Shown one piece after another: positions 1 to 9,894 of a DNA stretch of 64,000 nt. The position numbers and the translations under genes were made by a program. The first letter of the stretch is position 1, and each line of letters starts with the position of its first letter. The stretch covers positions 11,744 to 75,743 of the forward strand of contig CASFBJ010000020.1 of the NCBI GenBank assembly GCA_949292875.1, given 5' to 3'. The notes under the pieces are model-generated. The model did not search any database and was not told the origin of the DNA. It saw nothing but the letters and a program-made list of their open reading frames with translations. The stretch comes from an uncultured Christensenella sp. Lineage in GTDB: Bacteria; Bacillota; Clostridia; Christensenellales; UBA1242.

Positions 1-1222
1 AAAATGTTTGTATACCATTTTCAAAAGTTACTTCTAATGCACGATGTATAGTACTTGCTTGTTCTCCAGTGCTTTCACTTAGTCTTTTTGCAGCTCTACC
101 CGTAGGTGCGAGTAATTTTACTTTGTATTTTAGATTAGATAAGAGTTGCAAAATACATTTTATAATAGTAGTTTTTCCTGTGCCTGGTCCACCAGTAATT
201 ATGCTTATACCACTATTTATAGCAAGCTCTACAGCTTTGCGCTGGTCCTCATGTAAAGTAATATTGTTCATTTGTTCAAAAAGGTCTATTTCATCATCTA
301 GACATACTCTTTCTCTGGAGAAAGTTTGTTCAATATTGCATATGGATTTAGCAATATTTCTTTCCATGTAATAATATTTTGCAAGCATTACAACTTCTTG
401 TTCATCTTGCTCAAAAATCCTTACTATATTATCCATTTGTAACATTTGAAGGTTTGCATTTAGTTTGTTATAATATTCTTCAAAGTCTATATCAAGTAGG
501 CGAGATACTTGATTTAAATAAGCATTTTTTGGTGAGTATGTGTTTCCGTCTTTATCTACAATTTGTTTCAATGTGTGGATAAGTCCTGCTCGTATTCTAA
601 AATCGCTATCTATATCTATACCTATATTTTTCGCTATTTTATCTGCAGTAAGAAATCCTATTCCATCTACATCTTCTATAAGTTTGTAAGGATTTTTTGA
701 AACAATATCTATAGTTTTATTTTTATACATGGAATAAATCTTCATACCCATATTTATGGTTATGTCATAATTTTGTAAAAAGATTATAGCGTTTTGCATA
801 TCTTTTATTTTGCTGTAAGCCTCAAAAATTTCAAGTGCTTTTTTTTGAGAAATTCCTGGGACTTTTGTTAGTTTTGTATAATTAAATTCTATTATTTCTA
901 ATGTATCTTCTCCAAATGTTTGAACTATTTTTTGTGCGGTTATTGGTCCAACACCTTTTATTAATCCACTACTAAGATATCTTTCTATTCCTTGCAAAGA
1001 ATTTTGTTTTAAAATCTCTACCTTTTCGCACACAAATTGCTTTCCGTATCTTTTGTTGGTTTGATAATCTCCTGTAAGCCTTACTCTTTCTCCTTCTGCA
1101 ATCATAGGAAAACGGCCGACTGCCATTATTGGTAAGTCGTTTGTATCAAAAAGCCCAACTACGGTATATCCATTTTCTTCATTTCTAAAAACTATAGTGT
1201 CTATTGTTCCTACTATTTCCAT
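1..1222 (-). CDS. recD2: RecD2-like ATP-dependent DNA helicase; N-terminal part only, as the gene continues past the left edge
   Basis: The reverse frame is open from the window edge to the ATG at 1222-1220. The translation starts MEIVGTIDTIVFRNEENGYTVVGLF, includes an HhH-like GVGPITAQKIV, and has Walker A ITGGPGTGKTT encoded around 171-200. It is absent from the ORF track because the window truncates it. Confidence 0.85.
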   Translation of the reverse strand, partial: MEIVGTIDTIVFRNEENGYTVVGLFDTNDLPIMAVGRFPMIAEGERVRLTGDYQTNKRYGKQFVCEKVEILKQNSLQGIERYLSSGLIKGVGPITAQKIVQTFGEDTLEIIEFNYTKLTKVPGISQKKALEIFEAYSKIKDMQNAIIFLQNYDITINMGMKIYSMYKNKTIDIVSKNPYKLIEDVDGIGFLTADKIAKNIGIDIDSDFRIRAGLIHTLKQIVDKDGNTYSPKNAYLNQVSRLLDIDFEEYYNKLNANLQMLQMDNIVRIFEQDEQEVVMLAKYYYMERNIAKSICNIEQTFSRERVCLDDEIDLFEQMNNITLHEDQRKAVELAINSGISIITGGPGTGKTTIIKCILQLLSNLKYKVKLLAPTGRAAKRLSESTGEQASTIHRALEVTFENGIQTF

Positions 1223-1288
1223 ATGAAAATGATAACATTTTAATTAATAAAAAGCAAATGAATGAGATAGAATAGAAATGTTTTTTCG

Positions 1289-1317
1289 TTGACAAAAAGC
1301 TGTATATGTTTTATAAT
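1289..1317 (+). promoter_or_regulatory. SigA-type promoter of serS
   Basis: TTGACA (1289-1294), a 17-nt spacer, then TATAAT (1312-1317), about 25 nt upstream of the serS RBS AAGGAG. Confidence 0.65.
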
Positions 1318-1341
1318 ATTTTAAAGTAAAAGGAGATAACA

Positions 1342-2643
1342 ATGTTAGATGTTAAAAAAATGCTTGCAAATTTGCAAGATTACAAGACAAGATTGAAAAA
1401 TAAAAAATTTGATTTAGATGAAAAGTATTTTTTGCAGTTGACAAGCGAAATAGATAAGACTAAAAAACTTTGTGAGAAATTGCAAGCTGAAAGAAACGCT
1501 GGTTCTGCAAATATTGGAAAGCTTATGAGAAGTGGTGCTAGTCAAGAAGAAGTACAAACTCTAAAAGATAAAATGACAGAACTTAGTGATGAAGTTAAGA
1601 AACAAGAAAATATTGTTAAGGCTAAAGAAGAAGAACTTAAGAACTATATGATGTATATGCCAAACATATATGATGACACTACGCCTCTTGGAAAAGATGA
1701 TAATGACAATGTTGTCGTGTCATATTATGGCGAAAAGCCTAAGTTTGATTTTACACCTAAAGAACATTATGAACTTGGGGAAAAAATGGGAATACTAGAC
1801 TTTGAAAGGGGAGCAAAACTTTCAGGTGCTAGGTTTACAGTAATGAGTGGAGCGGCTACGCTTTTAGAAATGGCTATAAAAAATTTTTTACTTGAAACAG
1901 CAATGGAAAATGGTTTTACACCTGTGAGTGTTCCTTATATGGTTAATAGAAACATAGCAGAGGGTACAGGACAGTTACCTAAGTTTGAAGAAGATATGTT
2001 TAAAACTATAAATGAAGGTAAAGAATTGTTTTTAATTCCAACTGCAGAAGTGCCTGTTACAAATCTTTTTAATGGAGAAATCTTGAAGGAAGAAGATTTG
2101 CCTATTAATTATTGTTCTCTTACTCCATGCTACAGAGTAGAAGTAGGTAGTGCAGGTAGAGATGTAAAGGGTATCTTTAGACAACATCAATTTGAAAAAG
2201 TTGAAATGGTAAAGTTTTGTGCAAGTGATAAATCTTGGGAAGAATTTGAAAAACTTACAGCAAGTGCAAGGAGAGTACTAGACAAATTAGGTTTGCATTA
2301 TAGAGAAGTAACATTATGTACGGGAGATTTGGGTTTTGGTGCTTGTCATTGCCACGATATGGAAGTATGGCTTCCTGGTCAAAATAAATACAGAGAAATA
2401 TCTAGTTGCAGTAATTATTGGGATTTTCAAGCAAGAAGGGCAAATATAAGATATACAAATGCGAAAACTAAAAAGAACGAATTTGTGCATACTTTAAATG
2501 GCTCTGCTATGCCTGTTGGAAGAACTATGATTGCAATAATGGAAAATTATCAACAAAAAGATGGAAGTATTTTAATACCAGAAGCACTTAAAAAGTGGTT
2601 GCCATATAATAAAATAGATGCTCAAGGAAAACTTGTAAAATAG
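1342..2643 (+). CDS. serS: seryl-tRNA synthetase
   Basis: 433 aa with an N-terminal coiled-coil arm. Class II core motifs include FLIPTAEVPVTN, FRQHQFEKVE and TLNGSAMPVGRTMIAIMENYQ. RBS AAGGAG. Confidence 0.95.
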   Translation: MLDVKKMLANLQDYKTRLKNKKFDLDEKYFLQLTSEIDKTKKLCEKLQAERNAGSANIGKLMRSGASQEEVQTLKDKMTELSDEVKKQENIVKAKEEELKNYMMYMPNIYDDTTPLGKDDNDNVVVSYYGEKPKFDFTPKEHYELGEKMGILDFERGAKLSGARFTVMSGAATLLEMAIKNFLLETAMENGFTPVSVPYMVNRNIAEGTGQLPKFEEDMFKTINEGKELFLIPTAEVPVTNLFNGEILKEEDLPINYCSLTPCYRVEVGSAGRDVKGIFRQHQFEKVEMVKFCASDKSWEEFEKLTASARRVLDKLGLHYREVTLCTGDLGFGACHCHDMEVWLPGQNKYREISSCSNYWDFQARRANIRYTNAKTKKNEFVHTLNGSAMPVGRTMIAIMENYQQKDGSILIPEALKKWLPYNKIDAQGKLVK

Positions 2644-2674
2644 ACATTTTTTAAATCTTTTTTGGGAGATTTTT

Positions 2675-3067
2675 ATGGGTGTTATTAGATATGGTTTTGT
2701 TCAAAATAAAGTTTTGAATGTAGATTTTTGGCAAGGCATAGAGTATGAAGCTTTAGATGAAGTTAAAAAGATTTTAAAATTTAACTCAGTAGAAGATTTT
2801 AAATATTATTTTAATTATGTCCTTAACTCTAAGCCTTATATTGCTAAGAAAGTATTTTTGATATTTGATGCTTATTATATGAAAAAAGGTTTACTAAAAG
2901 ATGGATATTATATAAAATTTTTTAGAACTAATAGATATAATATAATAAGAAAAAGTTTAAAAAGATACGAAAAAAACAAAAAGCAAAACTTAATAAAATA
3001 TAAAATTTTGCAAAATAAAAAGACTAAAATGAATAAAATTCATAGATATAAAGAAGAGCAAAAATAA
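2675..3067 (+). CDS. hypothetical basic protein
   Basis: 130-aa ORF with RBS GGGAGA and a Lys-rich C-terminus. No motif recognised. Confidence 0.5.
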   Translation: MGVIRYGFVQNKVLNVDFWQGIEYEALDEVKKILKFNSVEDFKYYFNYVLNSKPYIAKKVFLIFDAYYMKKGLLKDGYYIKFFRTNRYNIIRKSLKRYEKNKKQNLIKYKILQNKKTKMNKIHRYKEEQK

Positions 3068-3068
3068 A

Positions 3069-3096
3069 AACAAGGGAATGGTGTTCCCTTGTTTTT
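3069..3096. terminator. bidirectional intrinsic terminator
   Basis: AACAAGGGAA (3069-3078) pairs with TTCCCTTGTT (3084-3093). It is flanked by an A-run and a T-run and lies between convergent genes. Confidence 0.7.
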
Positions 3097-3102
3097 ACTT
3101 TA

Positions 3103-4518
3103 TTATGTAGTTTGCTCATTTTTATCAGTTTCGGTATCTAATGCTTCTGTAATTTTTATATCATCTATTTTATTTTCATTATTATTAGTTGTTATGCTCG
3201 TATTATTGCTATCATTAGAGATTTGTTCTTTATTATCTTCTACTTTTTCTGTTTCATTATTTTTTGAATTAGTTTCTACTACTTTTGGTTTACTTTTAAC
3301 CAATACAAAATCAATGATTAGTGCAATAACAAATAATGCACAAGTTACATAAAGTACAGTATTGAAACCTAATCCAGCATTTATTATGCCTGCAGACATT
3401 TGATTTCCAGAAAGTCCGGCAAATGCCCATGCAGATAGTGCTATACCATGAATTTGGCTAATATTTTTCATACCAAAATTATCGGAAAGTAGAGTAGGAA
3501 GATTACTAAAACCGCCACCATATCCTGCATTTATTACACATACCATAGCGATAACTAATATGGCTAGAACAATGTTTGTAGAACTTGTAGCGTTTGTTAC
3601 TGCTACAATAAATGTAAATGCTATAGATAATATAAATATAATTTTGTATATTGTGTTTCTATTTTTTAGGTAATCGCCCCAAGTAGAGAATGCTATTCTT
3701 CCTCCAGCATTAAATGCAGCAGATAGTGAACTAAGTACGCTTGCTATTCCAACTAAGCCTACTGCTGTAAATAGTGCTTTTTCTTGTGCAATAATTGCTA
3801 GTCCGCAAGTAATATTTATGTAGAAAATTATCCATATACCTAAAAATACAGGATTTTTAAATATTGAAAATTTTGCAAAGAAATCTTTTACTGGATGCTT
3901 GGATTTAGGTTTTATTTCTTCTACCCAGTCATCTGGTTTCTTTATAAGTAAATAACCTATAAACATTAGGACGAAATAAACTGCTGCCAATATAAAGAAC
4001 ATCATATATATACCGCTTTCACCGAAAGCATCTATTAGTGCTTGCATCAAAGGAGAACCTATAATTTTAGCCGCTCCAAATCCGGCAACTGCAAGACCTG
4101 TCGCAAGACCTTTATGGTTTTTGAACCAAAGCATAAGAGTTTTTACGGGAGATAAGTATCCGATTCCAAGACCTATACCCATTATTACACCATAACTAAT
4201 TAATATTCCTGCAAAAAACTTAAGATATATAAAAAGCCCTGTTCCTGCCATACCTAATGCAAAAAGAATAGCTGATAGTAGAGAAGAATGCTTTACATTT
4301 CTTTCAACGAAATTTCCAGCAAATGCTGCACTCATTCCTAAAAAGAATATTGCTAGACTAAATGCCCATTCAACACCAGAAATGCTATATCCTATATAAT
4401 TTGCTATATCCATTTTAAAAGTTGACCAGCAGTAAACTGTACCTATACTGCAGTGTATGAGCAATGCGGGTATTGCCGCTCTTAACCATTTATTGTTAAG
4501 CTTACTTTTAGTTTGCAT
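3103..4518 (-). CDS. MFS transporter (oxalate/formate antiporter-like) with a low-complexity acidic/Asn-rich C-terminal tail
   Basis: 471 aa with about 12 hydrophobic helices and an OFA-like N-terminus (WLRAAIPALLIHCSIGTVYCWSTF). The last ~70 aa are a N/T/E/K-rich tail. Confidence 0.8.
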   Translation of the reverse strand: MQTKSKLNNKWLRAAIPALLIHCSIGTVYCWSTFKMDIANYIGYSISGVEWAFSLAIFFLGMSAAFAGNFVERNVKHSSLLSAILFALGMAGTGLFIYLKFFAGILISYGVIMGIGLGIGYLSPVKTLMLWFKNHKGLATGLAVAGFGAAKIIGSPLMQALIDAFGESGIYMMFFILAAVYFVLMFIGYLLIKKPDDWVEEIKPKSKHPVKDFFAKFSIFKNPVFLGIWIIFYINITCGLAIIAQEKALFTAVGLVGIASVLSSLSAAFNAGGRIAFSTWGDYLKNRNTIYKIIFILSIAFTFIVAVTNATSSTNIVLAILVIAMVCVINAGYGGGFSNLPTLLSDNFGMKNISQIHGIALSAWAFAGLSGNQMSAGIINAGLGFNTVLYVTCALFVIALIIDFVLVKSKPKVVETNSKNNETEKVEDNKEQISNDSNNTSITTNNNENKIDDIKITEALDTETDKNEQTT

Positions 4519-4690
4519 AACTACTCCTTAAGTTAAAATTGAAGTTTGTACAAATGCACACACAAAAAAGATTATAGCACTTAAATGTATGAAGCACAAC
4601 ATTTATTTGTAAAATTTGTAAATTTGTTTAAAAAATTTTTTGAATAATTTTTTTTCCATAGTGCAAACTATATTTAGGAGGTAAAAAAGT

Positions 4691-4846
4691 ATGGAAAAAT
4701 GGAAACCAGGCGAGCAAGTACCAAAAACTGGTAATTATGCTTGTTATGACAAAAATGGTAGATGCGGTGGCTCTACTTATCTTGAACAAGGTAAAAGATT
4801 TCCAGCAACTCAACATTCTGGAAGTTACTATGTACAAGAAGACTAA
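4691..4846 (+). CDS. YjzC-like small protein (51 aa)
   Basis: ATG at 4691 is preceded by AGGAGG (4676-4681). Translation: MEKWKPGEQVPKTGNYACYDKNGRCGGSTYLEQGKRFPATQHSGSYYVQED. It falls below the ORF-track size cut-off. The listed minus ORF 4628-4837 is its shadow. Confidence 0.7.
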   Translation: MEKWKPGEQVPKTGNYACYDKNGRCGGSTYLEQGKRFPATQHSGSYYVQED

Positions 4847-4867
4847 ATAATCAAAAGATATGTAAAG

Positions 4868-4950
4868 AAAAAAGAACTTATCAACATGAAGTAACTACTT
4901 AAGTTTTATAACTTTTGAATTACTTAACAATAATGATAAGTTCTTTTTTT
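4868..4950. terminator. long imperfect hairpin, terminator-like, between convergent genes
   Basis: AAAAAAGAACTTATCA (4868-4883) pairs with TGATAAGTTCTTTTTT (4934-4949) around a ~50-nt interior that is partly self-complementary. Confidence 0.5.
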
Positions 4951-4958
4951 ATTATTTA

Positions 4959-6251
4959 TTATTTGGTTTTTTTAAAAAGTTCTATAAGTTCTTCTTTTGT
5001 AGGTATATCTTTTTCATCTACTTTTCCTACAATGCAAAGGTTTGTATTGCCTGTAAATAACATTTTCTCTTTTATATCTTTATTAAATTCGTTGTACTCT
5101 AAAGAGTCTATTATTTGACCAAACTCTTTTTGACTTAAAAATATTTCATTAAACAAATAGTCGCTTAAATAAGCTTTTGCTTCATTTGGTGATTCTATCC
5201 ATTTATCTTGACCATATTTTATGTTTTGTATAATGTCATCAAATTTTTCTCTAGGTAATCCGTTTTCGTACAAATTGTGTAATACATTTGAATAACAATG
5301 TATACATTCTTTTATGTTTTTAGAATATGTTTCAAAGAAAAAGTTTTTTATGTTTACATCTCTAATTCTGCTATTGTTTACATAAAACGAATAGACCAAT
5401 CCTTTTTCTTCTCTTAAATTATTCCATAACTCACCATGAAAAGAGTTTAGATATGTATTTAAAATTCTATTATACAGCACTTCTTTGAGGTTGTATTTGT
5501 CTACATTAAAATTATAACCTAGTATAACATTACATCTTTCCACATCTTTGTTTATAATCTTTATATCAGATAGTCCAGATGGTGTTAAAGAAATTTCATT
5601 TATTTTGTTTTCAGGTATTGATGGTATACTTGAAAAATATTTTTTAACTAGTTTCTTAACTTGTCTTAAAGGTACATTTCCAGCAAAAGAAATAATAAAA
5701 TTTTCTTTACAAAGTAGTCTTTTATATCTCTTATCTATATCATTATTTGTATAACTTAACACATTTTCTCGTTTTCCTAAAACTGTGTTTTTTGCAAAAG
5801 GATAATCTAAAAACATTGTTAAAATATTATCATAAGCAACGCTTTCATTTTCTCCTTCATATCGTACTATTTCTTGCTCTATAACCTTACTCTCTGTTTT
5901 TACTTTTTCTTCATTAAAAACACTATTTAAAACAATATCAGAAAAAATTTCAAAACCTTTTTCTAAAAGTTTTGTTGAAGCAGAGCAGTATAAACTCATT
6001 TTTTCAAAAGATGTAAAAGCGTTATAGTTTGGAAAATACTTTTGAATTTCTTGAGCCATTTCTTCAGCATTTTTGTTTTTTGTTTGTTTGCCAAGCATAT
6101 GTTCTAAAAAATGTGTTATTCCACAATTTTCATCATTTTCACTTATTGCTCCTGTAGTAAAACATGGTAACATACAAAAAGCATTATTTGTCGTTATTTT
6201 TTTATAAATAAGTTTAATTCCATCAATGTCATATAATTTTGCTTTTTTCAT
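4959..6251 (-). CDS. M16 family (insulinase/pitrilysin-like) zinc peptidase
   Basis: 430 aa with the inverted zinc motif HxxEH (GITHFLEHMLG) near the N-terminus. Confidence 0.85.
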   Translation of the reverse strand: MKKAKLYDIDGIKLIYKKITTNNAFCMLPCFTTGAISENDENCGITHFLEHMLGKQTKNKNAEEMAQEIQKYFPNYNAFTSFEKMSLYCSASTKLLEKGFEIFSDIVLNSVFNEEKVKTESKVIEQEIVRYEGENESVAYDNILTMFLDYPFAKNTVLGKRENVLSYTNNDIDKRYKRLLCKENFIISFAGNVPLRQVKKLVKKYFSSIPSIPENKINEISLTPSGLSDIKIINKDVERCNVILGYNFNVDKYNLKEVLYNRILNTYLNSFHGELWNNLREEKGLVYSFYVNNSRIRDVNIKNFFFETYSKNIKECIHCYSNVLHNLYENGLPREKFDDIIQNIKYGQDKWIESPNEAKAYLSDYLFNEIFLSQKEFGQIIDSLEYNEFNKDIKEKMLFTGNTNLCIVGKVDEKDIPTKEELIELFKKTK

Positions 6252-6262
6252 AAATTTTCCTT

Positions 6263-7429
6263 TTATTTTGTATTATCATTCAAATTTTTATTTTCTATCT
6301 GCTTCCCTTTGTATCCGCATAGTATTAGTATACCAAAAATGCCCATTCCAAAAATTATTAATTTATTATTTAAAAAACTAAAATCCATTTCCATATAACT
6401 ATTTAGCATAGTGTTTTGAAAATTGTCTTTTGTTACAGTATAAAAAATAAGATTTGCTACATTATTTAATTTGTCATTATAATTTGGATAGTAGTGAAGT
6501 AGAGTAGAAAGGTTATCATCTTTTGTATGAGAGATATTTTCATATTTTTCGCTTTCTTTATAACCTGCATTAATGCTATTTAAGTTTCCGCTAAAAAATG
6601 AAATGGTTTTTATTCCTTCTCTTATAAAAGCAGTGTTATCACTTTGAAGTCCAATATGAGTGTATGCACTTCCTTCAAAAGATGATAATATATTTAGTTT
6701 TGAATAATAAGGCATACTAGAAATATTGTATCTGTCAAAGTTAAAAATTTTAGTAAAACTATTTGCACTATCTCCTGCGTAGTAATAAGTATATTCGCCA
6801 CAACCAATGTTGTCAAGATTAATTGCAAGTAATATATCTTTTTTTGACTCAGTAGTATAGGAGTTGATAAATGTTTCGCTACCACTTAGACCTATTTCTT
6901 CGGCTCCGTAAAAGATATATATTATATTAAATGGCAAATTAGTCTCATTGAATTGTTTTATTAGCGACATAAGGCAAACAACACCTGTTGCGTTGTCAAG
7001 AGCTCCAATACTATAAGTTTGATATCCGTTTAAGAAATAAGAATTGTCATAGTGTGCTCCAATTATTATACAATCATTTGTTTCTATACTTGCTTTTTTA
7101 ACGCCTATTACATTTTGACTCTCTTTATCTATGCCTAAGCGAAATTTGTCAATATAACTATTCATTTCACCATAAAAACTTAAATCAAAACTTTTCATAT
7201 AATCACTTAAATACACGCTTGTACGACTTTCGCCATTACTACCAGCAGATTTATCTATGTCAGTTTTGGAAAGATATATACTTAGTGCGTCGGGTTTGAC
7301 AATTATGTCGTTTGATTCAGACATAGAGTCTGCATAAACATAAAAATTTGAAAAAGTGCCATATATAATAAATGTTATAAGGAGAAAGCAAATAACACTA
7401 ATTATACTTACTAATGCTGATTTTTTCAT
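6263..7429 (-). CDS. M28 family membrane-anchored aminopeptidase
   Basis: 388 aa with an N-terminal TM and a C-terminal TM. M28 metal-ligand motifs: GAHYDN, GALDNATGV, GAEEIGLSGS and NLDNIG. Confidence 0.8.
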   Translation of the reverse strand: MKKSALVSIISVICFLLITFIIYGTFSNFYVYADSMSESNDIIVKPDALSIYLSKTDIDKSAGSNGESRTSVYLSDYMKSFDLSFYGEMNSYIDKFRLGIDKESQNVIGVKKASIETNDCIIIGAHYDNSYFLNGYQTYSIGALDNATGVVCLMSLIKQFNETNLPFNIIYIFYGAEEIGLSGSETFINSYTTESKKDILLAINLDNIGCGEYTYYYAGDSANSFTKIFNFDRYNISSMPYYSKLNILSSFEGSAYTHIGLQSDNTAFIREGIKTISFFSGNLNSINAGYKESEKYENISHTKDDNLSTLLHYYPNYNDKLNNVANLIFYTVTKDNFQNTMLNSYMEMDFSFLNNKLIIFGMGIFGILILCGYKGKQIENKNLNDNTK

Positions 7430-7497
7430 AATTACTCCTGTCTTATTTTAAAAAATATTCTAAATTTGAAATTAAAATTTAACATTGTTGTTTAAAA

Positions 7498-8004
7498 TTA
7501 CAATATTAACCATATTACTAATATAATACTAACAATGCTAATATTGTAGATTTTTACAAAATTAAGATACTTTATTTTGTCTTTTGTTATTTCGTTATAC
7601 ATATTGTATTCTAAAGATATATTCATACCTGCACATATAAAAAAACTAAGTAGTCCAAGGATTAGGTAAAGATATGGAGATATGAGCATGCTTACAAAGT
7701 GAGTAATGGCTAGAGTTAAAATTTCAATAGCGAAAACTAGATTGAATATAACGAAATATTGTGGAATATTTATAGGTGCTGTTACTAGTTTCAAAGGTAA
7801 TAGTATTAAACTTTCAACTACAATAAAAACACCTAATCCTATACCAAATATAGCTAAAATTGTTAAACCTACGCTATGGATTTGAAGGAAGTTTATGTAT
7901 ACAAAAGTAAGACATGAACAAGCTATGTACAAAAATATAGGAAATAATATTTTAGTAACATTTGTAGGTAAAATTGTCTTTAATTTTTCAACTAATTTCA
8001 ACAT
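7498..8004 (-). CDS. hypothetical polytopic membrane protein
   Basis: 168 aa with 4-5 hydrophobic helices. No motif recognised. Confidence 0.5.
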   Translation of the reverse strand: MLKLVEKLKTILPTNVTKILFPIFLYIACSCLTFVYINFLQIHSVGLTILAIFGIGLGVFIVVESLILLPLKLVTAPINIPQYFVIFNLVFAIEILTLAITHFVSMLISPYLYLILGLLSFFICAGMNISLEYNMYNEITKDKIKYLNFVKIYNISIVSIILVIWLIL

Positions 8005-8021
8005 TTTTGTTTGACATTCTC

Positions 8022-8978
8022 CTATGATAAAGTATAGAATAAAAATAGATACAATTCTTGCTCTAGATTTGCAAATGTAGTTTTTGTTTGAGTATCTATT
8101 TTTTCCAGCATTGCAAGACTTTGCATAATTTTATTTGCTCCAATTGCTTTAGCTTGCTGTTTTGCTATAGAGATGGAATAAGGTTTTACTCCTAAAATAT
8201 CTGCAATTTGTTCATTTGTAGCATTTTTGCTCGCCATAGATAAAAATAGTCGTCTAAAGTAATTGTATAAATAAGATATTACACCTTTTGCATTGTCTGC
8301 ATTGATTAATGACTTAAGTAATTTTGTGGCGGTTGTAGCATCTTTTTTAGCAATGGCATCGGATAATTGAAATATGCTATATTCTATATTTGTTTTACTT
8401 GAAATTTTATCTATATGTTCAATAGTTATAATTTTTTCGTTTGATGTGAGTGCTATAAGTTTGTTTAGTTCACTATAAGCAGAAGTTATAGAACCTTGTA
8501 CATTTTCTATGAGTTTATTAAGAGCTTGAGTTTGTATTTGAAAACCTTTTTTGTTTAAGTCAGCTACTATTTTACTTGAAAGCATATTTGTAGGTATGCT
8601 ATCGCAATTGACACATACTATTTTTTTACTTTCTACTAATTTTGTAGATGTAAATACAAGGCAAGTAGATGTATTTGCATTTTCAAGATATTCTTCAATT
8701 TGTTTTATGCTAGAATTATTTTTGTCATCAAAAGAATAATCTTTTACAATTACAAGGCGCATATTTGAGCAAAAAGGTAATGTTTGACAGAGTACAAATA
8801 TTTCATCTAAAGGAGTTGTGTCATCAATGTAGGAAATGTTCATTTCAGGTAAAGTTACATTACATGCTTGAAGAAGGTTATTTAAAGCATTTTCAATTAG
8901 ATATAATTCTTTTCCGCATATTATGTAAACAGGCTCTATTTTATTATGTAATGACTTTTTAAATTCTACAAATTGCAT
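8022..8978 (-). CDS. holA: DNA polymerase III delta subunit
   Basis: 318 aa. The N-terminus PVYIICGKELYLIE and the overall layout are typical of HolA. Confidence 0.75.
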   Translation of the reverse strand: MQFVEFKKSLHNKIEPVYIICGKELYLIENALNNLLQACNVTLPEMNISYIDDTTPLDEIFVLCQTLPFCSNMRLVIVKDYSFDDKNNSSIKQIEEYLENANTSTCLVFTSTKLVESKKIVCVNCDSIPTNMLSSKIVADLNKKGFQIQTQALNKLIENVQGSITSAYSELNKLIALTSNEKIITIEHIDKISSKTNIEYSIFQLSDAIAKKDATTATKLLKSLINADNAKGVISYLYNYFRRLFLSMASKNATNEQIADILGVKPYSISIAKQQAKAIGANKIMQSLAMLEKIDTQTKTTFANLEQELYLFLFYTLS

Positions 8979-9072
8979 ATTTCACTCCTTTTAGAGTTAG
9001 TATAGCATTATTTTTAATTTATGTAAAGAAAATGTTTGTATGTAATAATGAAAAAATTTTTGAGAGGTGCTT

Positions 9073-9873
9073 ATGAAAGCTGTTATAGTTGCGGCAGGTT
9101 ATGGTACAAGATTTTTACCTATAACAAAAAGTTTGCCAAAAGAAATGATGCCACTTTATGATACTCCTATTTTAGAATATATAGTGAAAGAACTAAGTGA
9201 TGCAGGTGTTGAAGAAATACTCATTGTTATTTCAAAATGCAAAAAAATGATAAAACAATATTTTACAAGAAATATTCATTTGGAAAAGTTTTTGATTGAA
9301 AGAAATAAGATGGACTTAATGGAACAAGTTACTAAGCAACAAAATTATGCAAAGATTTCTTTTGCTTATCAAAAAAAGATTGCTGGTTTTCAAGATGCTA
9401 TTAATTGTGCAAAAAAATTTGTTGGTAAAGATAATTTCATATTATGTACGGGTGATGATGTTTTTGTAAATGAAAATGGAGATAACTGTGCTTTACAAAT
9501 GATAAAAGAATATAACAAAACAAAAACTCCATTAATTATTACAAAAACAGTAGATGAAAGCGAATTGGATAAGTATGGAGTTATTAAGTATGCTAAAAAT
9601 GGAGAAAATAATATAGAAAGCATAGTAGAAAAACCTAAGACTGATTTTCCAAGTAATGATATAGTTGTAGGAAGATATTTTTTACCTGCTAAAATATTTG
9701 AATATATAAAACAAAATAATACGGCAAGAATAAATGGAGAACTAAATTTTACAGAATGCTTAAATATGCTTGCTAAGAATGAAGGATTAAACGCTGTTAG
9801 ATTACAAGGTACAAGTTTTGACACTGGTGATAAAAAAGGATATGCAAAGGCATTTGCTTATTTTACTAAATAG
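9073..9873 (+). CDS. galU: UTP--glucose-1-phosphate uridylyltransferase
   Basis: MKAVIVAAGYGTRFLPITKSLPKEMMPLYDTPIL is the GalU signature. I prefer the ATG at 9073 (RBS GAGAGGTG just upstream) over the GTG at 9067. Confidence 0.9.
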   Translation: MKAVIVAAGYGTRFLPITKSLPKEMMPLYDTPILEYIVKELSDAGVEEILIVISKCKKMIKQYFTRNIHLEKFLIERNKMDLMEQVTKQQNYAKISFAYQKKIAGFQDAINCAKKFVGKDNFILCTGDDVFVNENGDNCALQMIKEYNKTKTPLIITKTVDESELDKYGVIKYAKNGENNIESIVEKPKTDFPSNDIVVGRYFLPAKIFEYIKQNNTARINGELNFTECLNMLAKNEGLNAVRLQGTSFDTGDKKGYAKAFAYFTK

Positions 9874-9894
9874 TAGATTAATAGGTAGGGAATA

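Noticed and set aside
69-582. The plus-strand ORFs 69-371 and 379-582 at the left edge.
   Set aside because: They are antisense to the clearly recognisable RecD2 helicase gene, which occupies 1-1222 on the minus strand.
1223-1341. A possible T-box riboswitch upstream of serS.
   Set aside because: Only ~120 nt separate recD2 from serS, and the promoter-to-start distance is ~25 nt. That is far too short for a T-box leader, and no T-box sequence (AAnnnGGTGGTACCGCG-like) is present.
3089-3352. Numerous 60-170 aa ORF-track entries nested antisense or out of frame inside longer genes. Examples: 3089-3352, 4915-5118, 5548-5754, 6694-6885, 8551-8962, 9390-9824, 10312-10542, 11716-11910, 14484-15274, 17172-18035, 19223-19459, 19735-19935, 20577-21312, 22570-22845, 23386-23703, 32184-32426, 36751-37002, 38886-39143, 39332-39535, 40334-40540, 44034-44375, 45732-45920, 47063-47344, 47426-47689, 47961-48176, 51770-51958, 53955-54191, 55227-55418, 58653-58841, 61224-61502 and 63265-63462.
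   Set aside because: Each lies entirely or mostly within a longer ORF that has recognisable homology or better start signals. Their compositions (Phe/Ile/Leu/Lys-rich) are what is expected from the antisense of AT-rich coding DNA, and they lack an RBS.
4628-4837. A 69-aa minus-strand ORF in the MFS/M16 intergenic region.
   Set aside because: It is the antisense shadow of the plus-strand 51-aa YjzC-like gene (4691-4846), which has a strong AGGAGG RBS and a recognisable conserved sequence.
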